Position numbers and translations under genes: made by a program. Shown here one piece after another: positions 18,639 to 28,536 of a stretch of 64,000 bases of DNA. Under the pieces are notes generated by a model, which was not told the origin of the DNA, did not search any database, and worked only from the letters and a program-made list of their open reading frames with translations. Position 1 is the first letter of the stretch. The number at the start of each line of letters is the position of its first letter. The stretch comes from an uncultured candidate division Zixibacteria bacterium (GTDB lineage Bacteria; Zixibacteria; MSB-5A5; UBA10806). Where the stretch lies: the NCBI GenBank assembly GCA_963817915.1, contig CAWFQL010000010.1:29889-93888 (forward strand). The letters are read 5' to 3'.

Positions 18639-20428
18639 AATATTTTAAGGTCTTGCTTGTATCGGCAATCCTATCAGCTTCAAGCTTATTGGCTCAAGAG
18701 AGCCATTATATTTACAATAATATTTTGATCAAATTTGACGGCAAATCGACAAAGTTTATCGCTGAATCGTCAAAACTTCTATTCAATGATGTCGATCTCG
18801 AAGATTATCGTGAGGAAAAATTGCCGACCGGTCATAATCTCACGATCGCCAATGCCCAAATCATTATCTCAAATCCAAAATCGAAGACCAAAAGATTCAA
18901 ATTAAAAGATGCCATTTTCGTAGCCGACAGATCCGATTACGTGCTGGCGTCCGATGCCGGAGTATATAGCTGGGATCTGGGCAAGATCGATCCGGGGGAT
19001 GAATTATATTTCAATTATGAGTCCTCAATCAAAGAGGATTATTGGGGCGGCTACTTTTCCGTGATCGAATCTATACCGGTTGATTCCTCAAAAATTACGA
19101 TTGAATTCCCGCATGGAAAATGGCGTCTCAAATATAGCATTGATAATAATCCGATTCAATATACCGATGATCCCAAAAATGCAGTTTTCATCTGGCATAA
19201 ATTGCAGGCAAGCACAAGGCCCGAATTAAAAAATGCGCCCGCAGATGTCTTACCTGGTATTTGGATATCATTTGAATCTCTGAAGAATGAAAAAGACTAT
19301 TCTGATTGGAATGACGTCAATGAATGGGCCGCGGAACGTTTTGATAAAAACGGATCATTCATGTATCCCGATTCAATGCTGGCAATCGCGCGAACTCCGG
19401 AATCTATTTTATCGGCAATTGCGGCCAAATGTCATTATGTCGCGATTGAAATTGCTGAAGGCGGGTATGTGCCCTCTCCTTCTGATGATGTCTGGTCCAA
19501 AGGATACGGCGATTGCAAGGGCCTGGCAATGCTTTTTGTCAATTGGATGAAGGCCGCCGGGTTCAAGGCCTGGCCGGTTCTCGTGCTTGCCGATCGTTCT
19601 CGTATTGGAAATGAATTATTTCCATCACCGTATCAATTCAATCATGCTATCGCTGCCTATGAGATGAAGGATGGCGATACGTCATACCAGGATATCACGG
19701 CGGAATATTGCCCACTAGGTTATCTACCAAGAGATTTATTCGGCTCACTCGCGTTTCCAATTTCATCAAATTCGAAACCGATATTGTTAGGTACTTTCCC
19801 CGATACCCCGGATACCATCTCTTTTACTATTTCCGGAGATTTGGATAATTCGGGGACTCTGACAGGTATCCTGAAAGCGAGAATCGAAGGAGAGCCTGCC
19901 CTGAGACTTAATTGGTTAAATAGATCATCCAAAACCATCAGTGGCGATGAAGTATTCAAATCATTCCTCGAGCATTCCCTGCCCAAGGCATCATGCTTTA
20001 ATATTAAGAGGGATAGCACAACGAATAGCATTATTTCATTTTCCGCAAAAATACTCCAAAACAATTTTAGCTATATCAGAGATAACTATACGATTTTCAG
20101 GCCGTGGCAGTTGGATTTTTTTAATCGCGAAACCAAAATTGATTCCTCGCTTACCTGGAAGAAATTTCAATTTTCAAATCAGATAGTTGAATTGAAATAC
20201 GAAATAAGAGTTGCCAATAACGGTCATTCGAATTCCGCCGATTCCGTTATTGAAAAATCATTCAATGGCCTTAAATATTCAACGCGAAATCACTTCAAAG
20301 GAGACTCCGTCGGTTTTAATATGATAATGTCTTTTACTCCGCAAATAATGACGCCGCCAAAATATTGGCAATTTCAGAGTGATTGGCGCACAATGATTAA
20401 GGATATTTCGAATATTTCTATCAAATAA
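18602..20428 (+). CDS. transglutaminase-like domain protein (DUF3857-associated)
   Basis: 608 aa; Cys-His-Asp transglutaminase-like core YGDCKGLAMLFVNWMKAAGF...FNHAIAAYEMKDGDTSYQDITAEY; hydrophobic N-terminal segment LLVSAILSASSLLAQ. Confidence 0.65.
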   Translation: MRHDAVSPGEILKYFKVLLVSAILSASSLLAQESHYIYNNILIKFDGKSTKFIAESSKLLFNDVDLEDYREEKLPTGHNLTIANAQIIISNPKSKTKRFKLKDAIFVADRSDYVLASDAGVYSWDLGKIDPGDELYFNYESSIKEDYWGGYFSVIESIPVDSSKITIEFPHGKWRLKYSIDNNPIQYTDDPKNAVFIWHKLQASTRPELKNAPADVLPGIWISFESLKNEKDYSDWNDVNEWAAERFDKNGSFMYPDSMLAIARTPESILSAIAAKCHYVAIEIAEGGYVPSPSDDVWSKGYGDCKGLAMLFVNWMKAAGFKAWPVLVLADRSRIGNELFPSPYQFNHAIAAYEMKDGDTSYQDITAEYCPLGYLPRDLFGSLAFPISSNSKPILLGTFPDTPDTISFTISGDLDNSGTLTGILKARIEGEPALRLNWLNRSSKTISGDEVFKSFLEHSLPKASCFNIKRDSTTNSIISFSAKILQNNFSYIRDNYTIFRPWQLDFFNRETKIDSSLTWKKFQFSNQIVELKYEIRVANNGHSNSADSVIEKSFNGLKYSTRNHFKGDSVGFNMIMSFTPQIMTPPKYWQFQSDWRTMIKDISNISIK

Positions 20429-20758
20429 ATAATTAGTCACGATATAAAGTACCGGTCAATTAGCAGGATCGGGCTATCCAAACCTCTAATTTATCTCCAC
20501 CGAAACATGTTCAATCAGCATTTACTTTCAAAATAGCCTATAAGTGGAAGGACGGGGGCCCCGCTTTCTAGTCGGCTTTGTTTCGCCGGCAATGTGACGA
20601 TTTGGATCCTGGGATCCAGCGCCACATTATTTGTCCGGCAACCGACGGACTTAATGTGGCGCAATTACGCAAACACTAATGTTCGTTTGTCGATTTGACC
20701 GGAATATAATAATGTAGGATGTAATTAAAAATGAAACGAAAATAAAACTAAACACAAA

Positions 20759-21259
20759 TTACTCAAATACTATCAAAGTCTGATTCTTATCCACCGCCTG
20801 CCGCGTGCCGATTTTTATCTCTTTGATTATTCCGGACGCAGGGGCCTTTAGCTCATTTTCCATTTTCATGGCTTCCATAATCACCAGGCCGTCACCCTTC
20901 TTCACCTTTTGGCCGACTTCAACTTCGATTTTCAGTATCAATCCCGGCATCGGTGCCTTTAGCGATGATACCTTCGATTTATTTTCGGTATTGCCCATCA
21001 GGCTTTTGAAGCGCGCCGTTTTCTCATCGACCACGTCGCCATTGAGCCGACCGCCATTGCTCCAGATAATATAGCCGCTCTCGGCCTTTTCGAATTCCAG
21101 TTCGTAATGGCGATTTTCAACTAATATCGAATGTGATTTATTACCGTTCGAATTCAAATAGCTGAAGTTGATTTTTTCGCCGTTAATGATAGCATTGGAA
21201 TCGGAACCATCCAATTCGATTTCAAATTTTCTTTCGCCAATCGTGACAATATATTTCAT
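20759..21259 (-). CDS. accB: biotin carboxyl carrier protein (biotinyl domain) with unusual ~90-aa N-terminal region
   Basis: C-terminal biotinyl domain with EAMKMENEL and the biotin Lys in AMKM. Start ATG at 21259 overlaps the accC stop (ATGA) and is preceded by GGAGGA; the track's longer start at 21316 is unlikely. Confidence 0.75.
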   Translation of the reverse strand: MKYIVTIGERKFEIELDGSDSNAIINGEKINFSYLNSNGNKSHSILVENRHYELEFEKAESGYIIWSNGGRLNGDVVDEKTARFKSLMGNTENKSKVSSLKAPMPGLILKIEVEVGQKVKKGDGLVIMEAMKMENELKAPASGIIKEIKIGTRQAVDKNQTLIVFE

Positions 21260-22758
21260 CGCCATCCTCCATTGAATGGCTTGACAGCCTGATTCGCTCG
21301 TCCGCTGGCCTTCCATTGCGACTTCACGGACTTTTGGTTTAGCGAAATTGTATTTTTGCTTTTGGATCGATGCTCAACCAACGCCATTGTCAGGGCCGCG
21401 GCTTTCTCCATTGATTCATCTGATTTTGACGAAGGATCGTAATATTCCGCTATGAAATTAGTCGATAGATTCCCTTTAACAAATTCCGGATGGTTCAAAA
21501 TAACTTTGTGAAATTCAATATTGGTCGTAATACCGGCGATTCTGTATTCATCGAGCGCGCGCAGCATCCTGCCGATCGCTTGCGAGCGGTCTTTCCCGAA
21601 TGTCACTAATTTTGCGATCATCGGGTCATAATAAACGCTGATTTCCATCCCCTCATAAACGCCGCTATCAACCCTTACACCCGGCCCCGAAGGCTGATTG
21701 TACCCTCTAATCACTCCGGTGGATGGCATGAAATTCGATTGCGAATCCTCGGCATATATACGGCATTCGATGGAGTGCCCCTTGATCTCGATATCGTCCT
21801 GTTTGAATGACAGCTTCTCGCCCGCCGCGATTCTAATCTGCTCGACCGCTAAATCTATCCCTGTGACCATCTCAGTCACCGGATGCTCCACTTGCAGACG
21901 AGTATTCATTTCGAGAAAATAAAATTTCCGCTCGTTGTCAGCCAGGAACTCGACAGTCCCCGCGTTAACATACCTGGCCGCTTTCGCCGCGGCAACCGCG
22001 GCCTCACCCATACGCCGTCTCATTTCGGAATCGACTAATACGCTTGGTGCTTCTTCAATTACCTTTTGGTGACGTCTCTGTATCGAGCATTCACGTTCGC
22101 CGAGATAGATATAGTTGCCATGCGAATCGGCGATTATCTGAATTTCAATATGTCGCGGATGATGCAGGTATTTTTCGATATAAATCCTGTCATCCCCGAA
22201 TGCCGATTTCGCTTCAGACTTCGCGCCTCGAAATGCCGATTTGATTTCGTCGCGACTATTTACAACCCGCATCCCTTTGCCGCCACCGCCGCCTGCCGCT
22301 TTAATTAATACCGGATATCCGATTTCTTCAGCGATCTTGATACACGATGCCTCATCATCGATTTTATCCTGCGTGCCCGGCACAACCGGCACTTTCGCCT
22401 TCATCATCGCCTTGCGGGCCGCCATCTTGTCGCCCATCATCTCTATTGCCGATGGCGGTGGACCTATAAAAATCAAACCAGCTTTTTCGCATGCACGAGC
22501 AAAATTCGGATTTTCCGATAAGAAGCCGTACCCCGGATGAATCGCCTCCGCCCCGGCCTTTTTCGCGGTCGAAATTATTTTATCGATTACCAAATAAGAT
22601 TCCGACGACGGAGCGGGGCCAATATGATATGCCTCATCCGCCAGACGAACATGCAGCGATGTTCTGTCGGCATCGGAAAAAACCGCCACGGCCTGTATTC
22701 CCAAATCATGGCAGGCGCGAATCACCCTGACCGCAATCTCGCCTCTATTGGCAATCAA
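21256..22758 (-). CDS. accC: biotin carboxylase
   Basis: 500 aa; [31 protein letters not shown]...; ATP-grasp and biotin carboxylase C-domain; about 50-aa C-terminal extension. Confidence 0.9.
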   Translation of the reverse strand: MIANRGEIAVRVIRACHDLGIQAVAVFSDADRTSLHVRLADEAYHIGPAPSSESYLVIDKIISTAKKAGAEAIHPGYGFLSENPNFARACEKAGLIFIGPPPSAIEMMGDKMAARKAMMKAKVPVVPGTQDKIDDEASCIKIAEEIGYPVLIKAAGGGGGKGMRVVNSRDEIKSAFRGAKSEAKSAFGDDRIYIEKYLHHPRHIEIQIIADSHGNYIYLGERECSIQRRHQKVIEEAPSVLVDSEMRRRMGEAAVAAAKAARYVNAGTVEFLADNERKFYFLEMNTRLQVEHPVTEMVTGIDLAVEQIRIAAGEKLSFKQDDIEIKGHSIECRIYAEDSQSNFMPSTGVIRGYNQPSGPGVRVDSGVYEGMEISVYYDPMIAKLVTFGKDRSQAIGRMLRALDEYRIAGITTNIEFHKVILNHPEFVKGNLSTNFIAEYYDPSSKSDESMEKAAALTMALVEHRSKSKNTISLNQKSVKSQWKASGRANQAVKPFNGGWR

Positions 22759-22797
22759 AACCTTTTTAAACAGAATAAACCTCGCTCATAACTAATA

Positions 22798-23544
22798 CTA
22801 TATCGGCCAATCTTTCATATTCCAAGCCATTTCCCAAAACATGTATTCCAACCTTGAGCTCATATCGAATGTTTCCTGCATCGAATGTAATTCATTCTGC
22901 GGCGCCGATCTGGCATAATCATCGACTATTGTTCTATAATGCTTAATCATCTTATCATAATCATCCGACGCGTATGTCTCGATCCATTGACGATAATGCT
23001 TCTCATCCGGCAGGCCTTGTTTTTTTAAACGTTGCCCAATTTCGACATATCCCCATCCACATGGCAGAAATCCGCAAAGTATATCGCCGGTCGATCCCAG
23101 CAACGCCGACTTAATCAGATATGATGTATAGTTCAAACAATCCGGCGCTGGACGAGTCCTTTCAAGATCAGTAGATGTAATTCCAAAATCAGCGCAGATA
23201 CTGCGATGCAATTCCATCTCGCCCGTCAATGTCAGATGTGCTATTTCGATAAATCCTGTCATCAAACCAAGGTCGCGTTGACGAATAGCCACCAGCGAAA
23301 GATAACGGGCGAAATCGATTAGATAGACATAATCCTGCTTGAGAAAGAATATGAATTTATCTTTGGGAAGTGTCCCATTGCCAATACCCTGCACGAATGG
23401 GTGGCTGTAATTCGCCTCCCATATCGCGTCGGCGTTATTTCTCATTTCGTCAGTAAATCCCATAATATCGTTTTCTTGATCGTAGGTCGAAACCTTTATG
23501 GTTTCTACATCTGGAAAATATTGTCGAAAGAGCAAACCTTTCAA
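22798..23544 (-). CDS. tenA: TenA/thiaminase II family protein (aminopyrimidine aminohydrolase)
   Basis: 248 aa; HPFVQGIGNGTLPKDKFIFFLKQDYVYLIDFAR is the TenA/PqqC family signature. Confidence 0.7.
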   Translation of the reverse strand: MKGLLFRQYFPDVETIKVSTYDQENDIMGFTDEMRNNADAIWEANYSHPFVQGIGNGTLPKDKFIFFLKQDYVYLIDFARYLSLVAIRQRDLGLMTGFIEIAHLTLTGEMELHRSICADFGITSTDLERTRPAPDCLNYTSYLIKSALLGSTGDILCGFLPCGWGYVEIGQRLKKQGLPDEKHYRQWIETYASDDYDKMIKHYRTIVDDYARSAPQNELHSMQETFDMSSRLEYMFWEMAWNMKDWPI

Positions 23545-23552
23545 CCTACTTA

Positions 23553-23999
23553 TTATTTTCGCAATGAATCCTTATACTCTTTGAGTTTGGCAGTATGCCA
23601 GCCGTTATGTTCGATAACAACTCCGCTGAGCCATTTTGGCGGACCGCCTCTCTTATTCCAAACATCGGCAGGGACGGCGGAAACATCCATTATAAGTGCT
23701 TCGTGAGTGGCATTGTATAATTTCAATACCTGCTCGTAGGAAAGATGCTTCATGCTTTCATACCATAGTTCATTGAATTTTAGATATTCCTTGGCATAGG
23801 AGAAATCGATTTCATTGCCGGTGCGCCAGATAGCAAATAGCTTAAGTACTTCGCCCTCCCACATGGCAACATGCAGAACTACATCGCGCGCGGACCATTT
23901 GCCTATAGTGCTTTCCCGAATCATTTCCTCTTCGGTCAATCCATCAATCGACTCCAACAAATTAGTGCGTGATTTATTAAGATCATCTACAATCTGCAT
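23553..23999 (-). CDS. DinB_2/ClbS-DfsB-like four-helix-bundle protein
   Basis: 148 aa; WSARDVVLHVAMWEGEVL... resembles the DinB/YfiT/DUF1706 families; function unknown. Confidence 0.45.
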   Translation of the reverse strand: MQIVDDLNKSRTNLLESIDGLTEEEMIRESTIGKWSARDVVLHVAMWEGEVLKLFAIWRTGNEIDFSYAKEYLKFNELWYESMKHLSYEQVLKLYNATHEALIMDVSAVPADVWNKRGGPPKWLSGVVIEHNGWHTAKLKEYKDSLRK

Positions 24000-24102
24000 G
24001 TCATCCTCTCATCATTTCAACAAAAGCATAATCCCGTATCTACCTGTCTATGAAGATAAAATTTATATTCTCGATGGTCAACGATAATCGCTTTGGCGGG
24101 TA

Positions 24103-24133
24103 GGCCCGAACCCCTGCGGTTCGGGCTCTTTTT
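24103..24133 (+). terminator. orphan intrinsic-terminator-like hairpin GCCCGAACC-cctgc-GGTTCGGGC + T6 on the plus strand
   Basis: Textbook stem-loop plus a U-run, but no plus-strand gene lies upstream (only the antisense ORF 23815..24087). Part of a repeated module; second degenerate copy at 24390-24410. Confidence 0.4.
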
Positions 24134-24484
24134 TGACCGCGCCGTAATGTATCGGCCCTCGAGCGAGTGCGATATTGGGCGGCAGTGGTCATCGACTGCC
24201 CCTCACGAAGTTTTGATAAAGGGCAGCCGGGACGTCTGCCGCTCAGCCAATCCCCGGTTATTGCGAGGAATCCGCCGAAGGCGGATGACAAAGCAATCTG
24301 AAGGCTGTCCCCAGATTGCTTCGTCCGGCAAATGCCGGACTCGCAAAGACAACTGTAGGATCAAAATGATCAATGATAATCGACTAATGAGTAGGCCCGA
24401 GCCCCCGCAGTTTAAGCGGTGTCAGGAATCCCTTCCTGACACCTTACGCGGGGAACGGTCATGAAGGGATTCATGACCGCGCCG

Positions 24485-24519
24485 TAAAATAAAATAGGGG
24501 CTCAAAATTTTGAACCCCT
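24485..24519 (-). terminator. predicted intrinsic terminator of the por operon (minus strand)
   Basis: Minus strand reads AGGGGUUCAAAAUUUUGAGUCCCCU followed by AUUUUAUUUU, 50 nt downstream of the porG stop. Confidence 0.55.
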
Positions 24520-24570
24520 ACAATTCCATATCATCGTCGGGTCAGACGACTCGACGAAACAAAATATCTC

Positions 24571-25104
24571 TTACACCGCCGCGGCGCCTTTATCGATCGC
24601 CTTCTTGTTCATATCGAGCATCGCTTCGGTCGCGCGCGGATAGACCTTCTTGATATTATTTTTCAACGTATCCAATTTGATCGCGCCGGTCTTTTTGATG
24701 TAAGCGCCGAGCATGACCATATTGGCGGCCTTGAGATTGCCAAGACTCTCCGCGAGATCATTCACCGGCACATCGACAATATTAATATCGGTGCGCTTTG
24801 GACGAGACGAAACCAGCGACGTATTGATTATCATCAAACCGCCCGGCTTCAATGACGATTCGAATTTGCCCAATGACGGCTCATTCATGATGAGAAGCGT
24901 ATCGGGGCTGCCGACTACCGGCGAGGCCACGGGATCGGTCGAAATAACTACCGAACAGTTGGCCGTACCGCCTCTCATCTCAGCGCCATAAGCGGGGAAG
25001 AATGTGACATTGAGTCCGTCCATCATACCGGCATAGGCCAGCATGATTCCACCGGAGATTATCCCCTGTCCCCCGAAGCCAGACATGATTACACCTTGAT
25101 ACAT
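24571..25104 (-). CDS. porG: 2-oxoacid:ferredoxin oxidoreductase gamma subunit
   Basis: 177 aa; MYQGVIMSGFGGQGIISGGIMLAYAG... is a typical gamma subunit. Confidence 0.85.
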   Translation of the reverse strand: MYQGVIMSGFGGQGIISGGIMLAYAGMMDGLNVTFFPAYGAEMRGGTANCSVVISTDPVASPVVGSPDTLLIMNEPSLGKFESSLKPGGLMIINTSLVSSRPKRTDINIVDVPVNDLAESLGNLKAANMVMLGAYIKKTGAIKLDTLKNNIKKVYPRATEAMLDMNKKAIDKGAAAV

Positions 25105-25119
25105 GATATGACTCCCTTC

Positions 25120-25896
25120 CTACTCATCATCCGATGATTTTGATGTGCCACGTTTATCGTCTTCCGGCTCTTTGTAAATTCCAAGCGGGAAGTATGGAAT
25201 CATCTCTTTCCTAACTCTCTCGAGCGAATTGAGCGGCGTCATGCCCCAATCGGTCGGGCATTGAGAAAGCACTTCTACCAATGTAAAACCGCGTTTCTGA
25301 ATCTGATATTCTAATGCTCTCTTGATGGCTTTTTTCGTTTTTATCACACCAGCCGGTTTATCAACCGTGGTTCTCTCAAGATAGACCGGGCCATCGAGCG
25401 CGGCCAACAATTCGCATACTCGAATAGGATAGCCGTTGGCAGCGACGGTTCGGCCCGCCGGCGATGTTGTCGAACGCATTCCAAGCAATGTTGTCGGGGC
25501 CATCTGGCCGCCGGTCATGCCATAGATAGCGTTATTGATGAATATGATCGTGATATTTTCCGAACGGGCGGCGGCGTGAATAGTCTCGGCCATCCCTATC
25601 GATGCCAGATCGCCATCGCCTTGATATGAAAATACTAATTTGTCCGGCAGATTTCTTTTGATACCGGTAGCGATCGCCGGACCTCTGCCGTGCGCTCCCT
25701 GAATCATATCGCAATTGAAATACTCATCCGCGAAAACCGAGCATCCGACAGGCGCGACACCAATAGTCTTATCGCCCATTCCAAGTTCGGTATAGCATTC
25801 GGCCAGCAATCGATGGACTACGCCATGACCGCAGCCGGGGCAGTAACGCATGGGAGTCGAAGTCAGCCCGTTAGTTCTTTGAAATACTATTTCCAT
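25120..25896 (-). CDS. porB: 2-oxoacid:ferredoxin oxidoreductase beta subunit (TPP-binding)
   Basis: 258 aa; CPGCGHGVV Fe-S/TPP region and GDG TPP motif. Confidence 0.85.
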   Translation of the reverse strand: MEIVFQRTNGLTSTPMRYCPGCGHGVVHRLLAECYTELGMGDKTIGVAPVGCSVFADEYFNCDMIQGAHGRGPAIATGIKRNLPDKLVFSYQGDGDLASIGMAETIHAAARSENITIIFINNAIYGMTGGQMAPTTLLGMRSTTSPAGRTVAANGYPIRVCELLAALDGPVYLERTTVDKPAGVIKTKKAIKRALEYQIQKRGFTLVEVLSQCPTDWGMTPLNSLERVRKEMIPYFPLGIYKEPEDDKRGTSKSSDDE

Positions 25897-25915
25897 TATC
25901 TATCTCCAATCCCGG

Positions 25916-27010
25916 CTATGGCCTGATATAAAGTTTATAGTCATCGCCCGAGAGTATTTTCTTCGTGATTTCCAAAATTTCTTCGCCGGTCGGAATACCG
26001 CCCGCGGGACGTTTGTGAAGATGAATCTCAGCCTTGCCATTAATTGACAATTGGACATCTTCAACATATTGGCCCAGACTCATTTCCACGACCAGAAACT
26101 TCTTCACCTTCTTCGCCAGGTCTCTGAATACCTGAGTCGGGAATGGCCAAACTGTTATCGGGCGAATGAAACCGATTTTCAATCCTTCTCGTCGACCCAA
26201 ATTCATCGCTGTCTCGCAAATTCTGGCCGAGGTTCCGTAAGCCGTCAGGATTATATCGGCGCCATCGGTATTCAATTTTTCATATCGAATTTCATTGGCA
26301 GTGATGAGATTGTATTTTTCTTCCAGACGGAAATTCCATTTCTCCATTTTCAATGGAGCCAGGTCATAGGATTTGACGATTCGCCTGTTATCGCCGCTCC
26401 CGCCTCTCAACGCCCATGTGGGCAATGAAAACGATTTGGGATCAATTTTATCAAAATCGAATTCGATCGGTTCCATCATTTGGCCTAAAATTCCATCGGC
26501 CAGGATCATCGTAGGAATCCGATACTTGAAGGCAACTTCGTAGCAAATTTTGGGGAAATTCGCCATCTCGCCGACAGTCTTCGGCGCCATTACGAAAACT
26601 CTGTAATCGCCGTGCCCGCCGCCACGAGTAGCCTGGAAATAATCGCCCTGCGATGGCGCGATATTGCCAAGTCCCGGCCCACCGCGAACAACATTGGCGA
26701 AAAATATGGGTAGCTCTGCAGAAGCACAATATGAGATACCCTCCTGCTTCAAGCTGATACCCGGCGACGATGATGATGTCATCGTGCGCGTGCCGGTAGC
26801 TGACGCTCCGAACAGCATATTAATAGCGGATACTTCGGATTCGGCCTGAAGGAATGTTCCTCCCACCTCCGGCAATCGCCACGACATGTATTCCGGGATT
26901 TCGTTTTGTGGTGTAATTGGATAGCCCGCGAAAAAACGACAACCGGCCCTGACCGCACCCTCGGCCACGGCCTCATTACCCTTCATCATGATTCTTTCAC
27001 CCATTATCAA
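25916..27010 (-). CDS. porA: 2-oxoacid:ferredoxin oxidoreductase alpha subunit
   Basis: 364 aa; alpha-subunit architecture (pyruvate flavodoxin/ferredoxin oxidoreductase domain). Confidence 0.85.
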   Translation of the reverse strand: MIMGERIMMKGNEAVAEGAVRAGCRFFAGYPITPQNEIPEYMSWRLPEVGGTFLQAESEVSAINMLFGASATGTRTMTSSSSPGISLKQEGISYCASAELPIFFANVVRGGPGLGNIAPSQGDYFQATRGGGHGDYRVFVMAPKTVGEMANFPKICYEVAFKYRIPTMILADGILGQMMEPIEFDFDKIDPKSFSLPTWALRGGSGDNRRIVKSYDLAPLKMEKWNFRLEEKYNLITANEIRYEKLNTDGADIILTAYGTSARICETAMNLGRREGLKIGFIRPITVWPFPTQVFRDLAKKVKKFLVVEMSLGQYVEDVQLSINGKAEIHLHKRPAGGIPTGEEILEITKKILSGDDYKLYIRP

Positions 27011-27016
27011 TCCTTC

Positions 27017-27220
27017 CTACTTATAAACCGTGATGGCTACATCGGGGCAGACAAAGGCGCACAACCGGCAACCATTACATGCCGATGGATTCACCATTGT
27101 GGCCGGATAATAACCTGTGGAGGAGAATGTTTTCGAAAGGCCAATAACTTTTTTGGGACATGAAGGGATACATAACTCGCACCCCTTGCAGAGTAGCGTA
27201 TTTACATCTATTTTCGGCAT
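27017..27220 (-). CDS. porD: 2-oxoacid:ferredoxin oxidoreductase delta subunit (2x[4Fe-4S] ferredoxin)
   Basis: CKGCELCIPSCP and CNGCRLCAFVCP clusters. ATG at 27220 is preceded by GAGGAGG (MPKIDVN...); the track's start at 27235 is a TTG. Confidence 0.8.
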   Translation of the reverse strand: MPKIDVNTLLCKGCELCIPSCPKKVIGLSKTFSSTGYYPATMVNPSACNGCRLCAFVCPDVAITVYK

Positions 27221-27255
27221 CAAGAACCTCCTCAAAGTAAAGCCTAAACTCCCTG

Positions 27256-27284
27256 AATATAAGTTTACGCCTATGGGGGGTCAA
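27256..27284 (-). promoter_or_regulatory. candidate sigma70 promoter of the por operon
   Basis: Minus strand TTGACC (27284-27279), 17-nt spacer, TATATT (27261-27256), about 30 nt upstream of the porD start. Confidence 0.35.
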
Positions 27285-27310
27285 GGATTTAAGTAAAAAG
27301 TTCTATACTT

Positions 27311-27350
27311 GAAACACAAAAAGAAAACCGCCCCACGAACATGGAGCGGC
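27311..27350 (-). terminator. predicted intrinsic terminator after the small zinc-ribbon gene
   Basis: Minus strand GCCGCUCCAUGUUCGUGGGGCGG hairpin followed by UUUUCUUUUUGUGUUU. Confidence 0.45.
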
Positions 27351-27384
27351 CAGAACAACTTAAAATCGAGTCTATTTTAATCTA

Positions 27385-27570
27385 TCAATAGTATTCTTTC
27401 TGATTGCACTTGCAGATCGGAACAATATTTCTTCTAAATCTGATAGACCCGCTGGCCGACGGTATCGGCAAGATTAATGCTGTCGGTGTCATTGGAGTCC
27501 CACATACCGGACAGTTCATCACGTGTTTCTTTTTCGATGCCTTATCGGCGAATGATTGCCTTTTAGCCAT
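27385..27570 (-). CDS. small (61 aa) zinc-ribbon protein, unknown function
   Basis: MAKRQSFADKASKKKHVMNCPVCGTPM...ICKCNQKEYY with CxxC...CxC; GGAGG Shine-Dalgarno 6 nt upstream of the ATG; own terminator downstream. Confidence 0.45.
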   Translation of the reverse strand: MAKRQSFADKASKKKHVMNCPVCGTPMTPTALILPIPSASGSIRFRRNIVPICKCNQKEYY

Positions 27571-27651
27571 AAATCCTCCGTTGGCGCCAATATAATATCA
27601 GCCGTCAATAATGCAAATGGTTTTTTTGCGGGTTTTTGACATAATTTATGT

Positions 27652-28536
27652 CTACCTTGTCCGGAATAAGACACCAATGGAATACGACCCGTAGGAATAG
27701 ATATCGTCGATACAGTCTTCTTTGAAAACATCTACGAGAAAATGCCCGAACATTGACGTATTGGGAAGCGCGAAGGTGACAATTCTTGTTTGGGATGAAT
27801 CATTGGGTACATCGATAGCAGTATAAACTCCCGCCGTCGTGGGGTAGCGAAATCTAATGAAATCCCTCGAATTTGGAGTATGGATATTAACAATGAGAGT
27901 TTCCCCCGGGGCAAACTGCAAAATTGAGGCTAACGGTTTCTCGGCGATATCGACAGCATGATTGGGGTATGAAACCGAGTTAATAATGATAGTGCTGATG
28001 CCTCCGATATAAGCGCCGGCATAACTCGCGTCCGATATATTCCGCAAGAGCCAACCTCTATGCGTATTATAATCGAATCCCATTTTGACAAAATATGCGG
28101 TCATTGTACCCTTGATTGAGAACGGCTTCGATAATCTTACAGGCGTGGAGCCGCCATTGGTTGTGTCGACACCGATTATTTCCAAAGTGCCCCAGAAAAA
28201 TTTATCCACTGTTACATCGGCCACAGGCAGGCTGTCCGGAGGCGCGCCCTGAGGGGGATAGGTAATATGAATATCAATGAAAAGGGAATCTTTATTTACC
28301 ATCCTCCAGAAATGAAGCGGTCGAAATGAGCTACTTAGTCCCAATGTCGTATCGGGAATGGTACGATCAAGTAAATCGATATTAAACTCGGCCGTTCGAT
28401 CATATCTGATAATATTATAAATCGCGTCTTCATTGGTCGGCTCGAACGGTTTATCGACACCGGTAGCCCCGCATGATAAAATGACTGCCACCAAAGAAAA
28501 CATCGATATCAGCCACATTCTAATTGTAGATTTCAT
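27652..28536 (-). CDS. hypothetical lipoprotein
   Basis: 294 aa; signal peptide with lipobox ([11 protein letters not shown]); no recognisable catalytic motifs; start overlaps the uvrB stop (ATGA). Confidence 0.5.
   Translation of the reverse strand: MKSTIRMWLISMFSLVAVILSCGATGVDKPFEPTNEDAIYNIIRYDRTAEFNIDLLDRTIPDTTLGLSSSFRPLHFWRMVNKDSLFIDIHITYPPQGAPPDSLPVADVTVDKFFWGTLEIIGVDTTNGGSTPVRLSKPFSIKGTMTAYFVKMGFDYNTHRGWLLRNISDASYAGAYIGGISTIIINSVSYPNHAVDIAEKPLASILQFAPGETLIVNIHTPNSRDFIRFRYPTTAGVYTAIDVPNDSSQTRIVTFALPNTSMFGHFLVDVFKEDCIDDIYSYGSYSIGVLFRTR

Larger units (their letters stand above)
24075..24540. repeat. hairpin-rich intergenic mosaic (REP-like modules)
   Basis: Direct repeat gRtcaaYgataatcgM...gtaggcccgaRcccc (24075-24125 and 24358-24408); gaccgcgccgtaa at 24135 and 24473. 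Perfect hairpins: GGCAGTGGTCATCGACTGCC, AGCAATCTG...CAGATTGCT, GTCAGGAAtcccTTCCTGAC, GGTCATGAAgggaTTCATGACC. Confidence 0.7.

Noticed and set aside
20430-20760. tRNA, tmRNA, SRP or RNase P RNA in the 330-bp gap between convergent genes
   Set aside because: No T-loop (GTTCRANYC) or other class-specific conserved blocks were seen here or in any other intergenic region of the window.
24000-24100. TPP riboswitch upstream of the DinB_2-like/tenA pair
   Set aside because: No CUGAGA / ACCUGAUCUGGAUAAUGCCAGCGAAGGGA-type blocks are present on the minus strand.
24093-24464. 123-aa Arg-rich plus-strand ORF in the hairpin-rich intergenic region
   Set aside because: Composition is driven by GC-rich palindromic repeats, with no Shine-Dalgarno or domain; likely non-coding.
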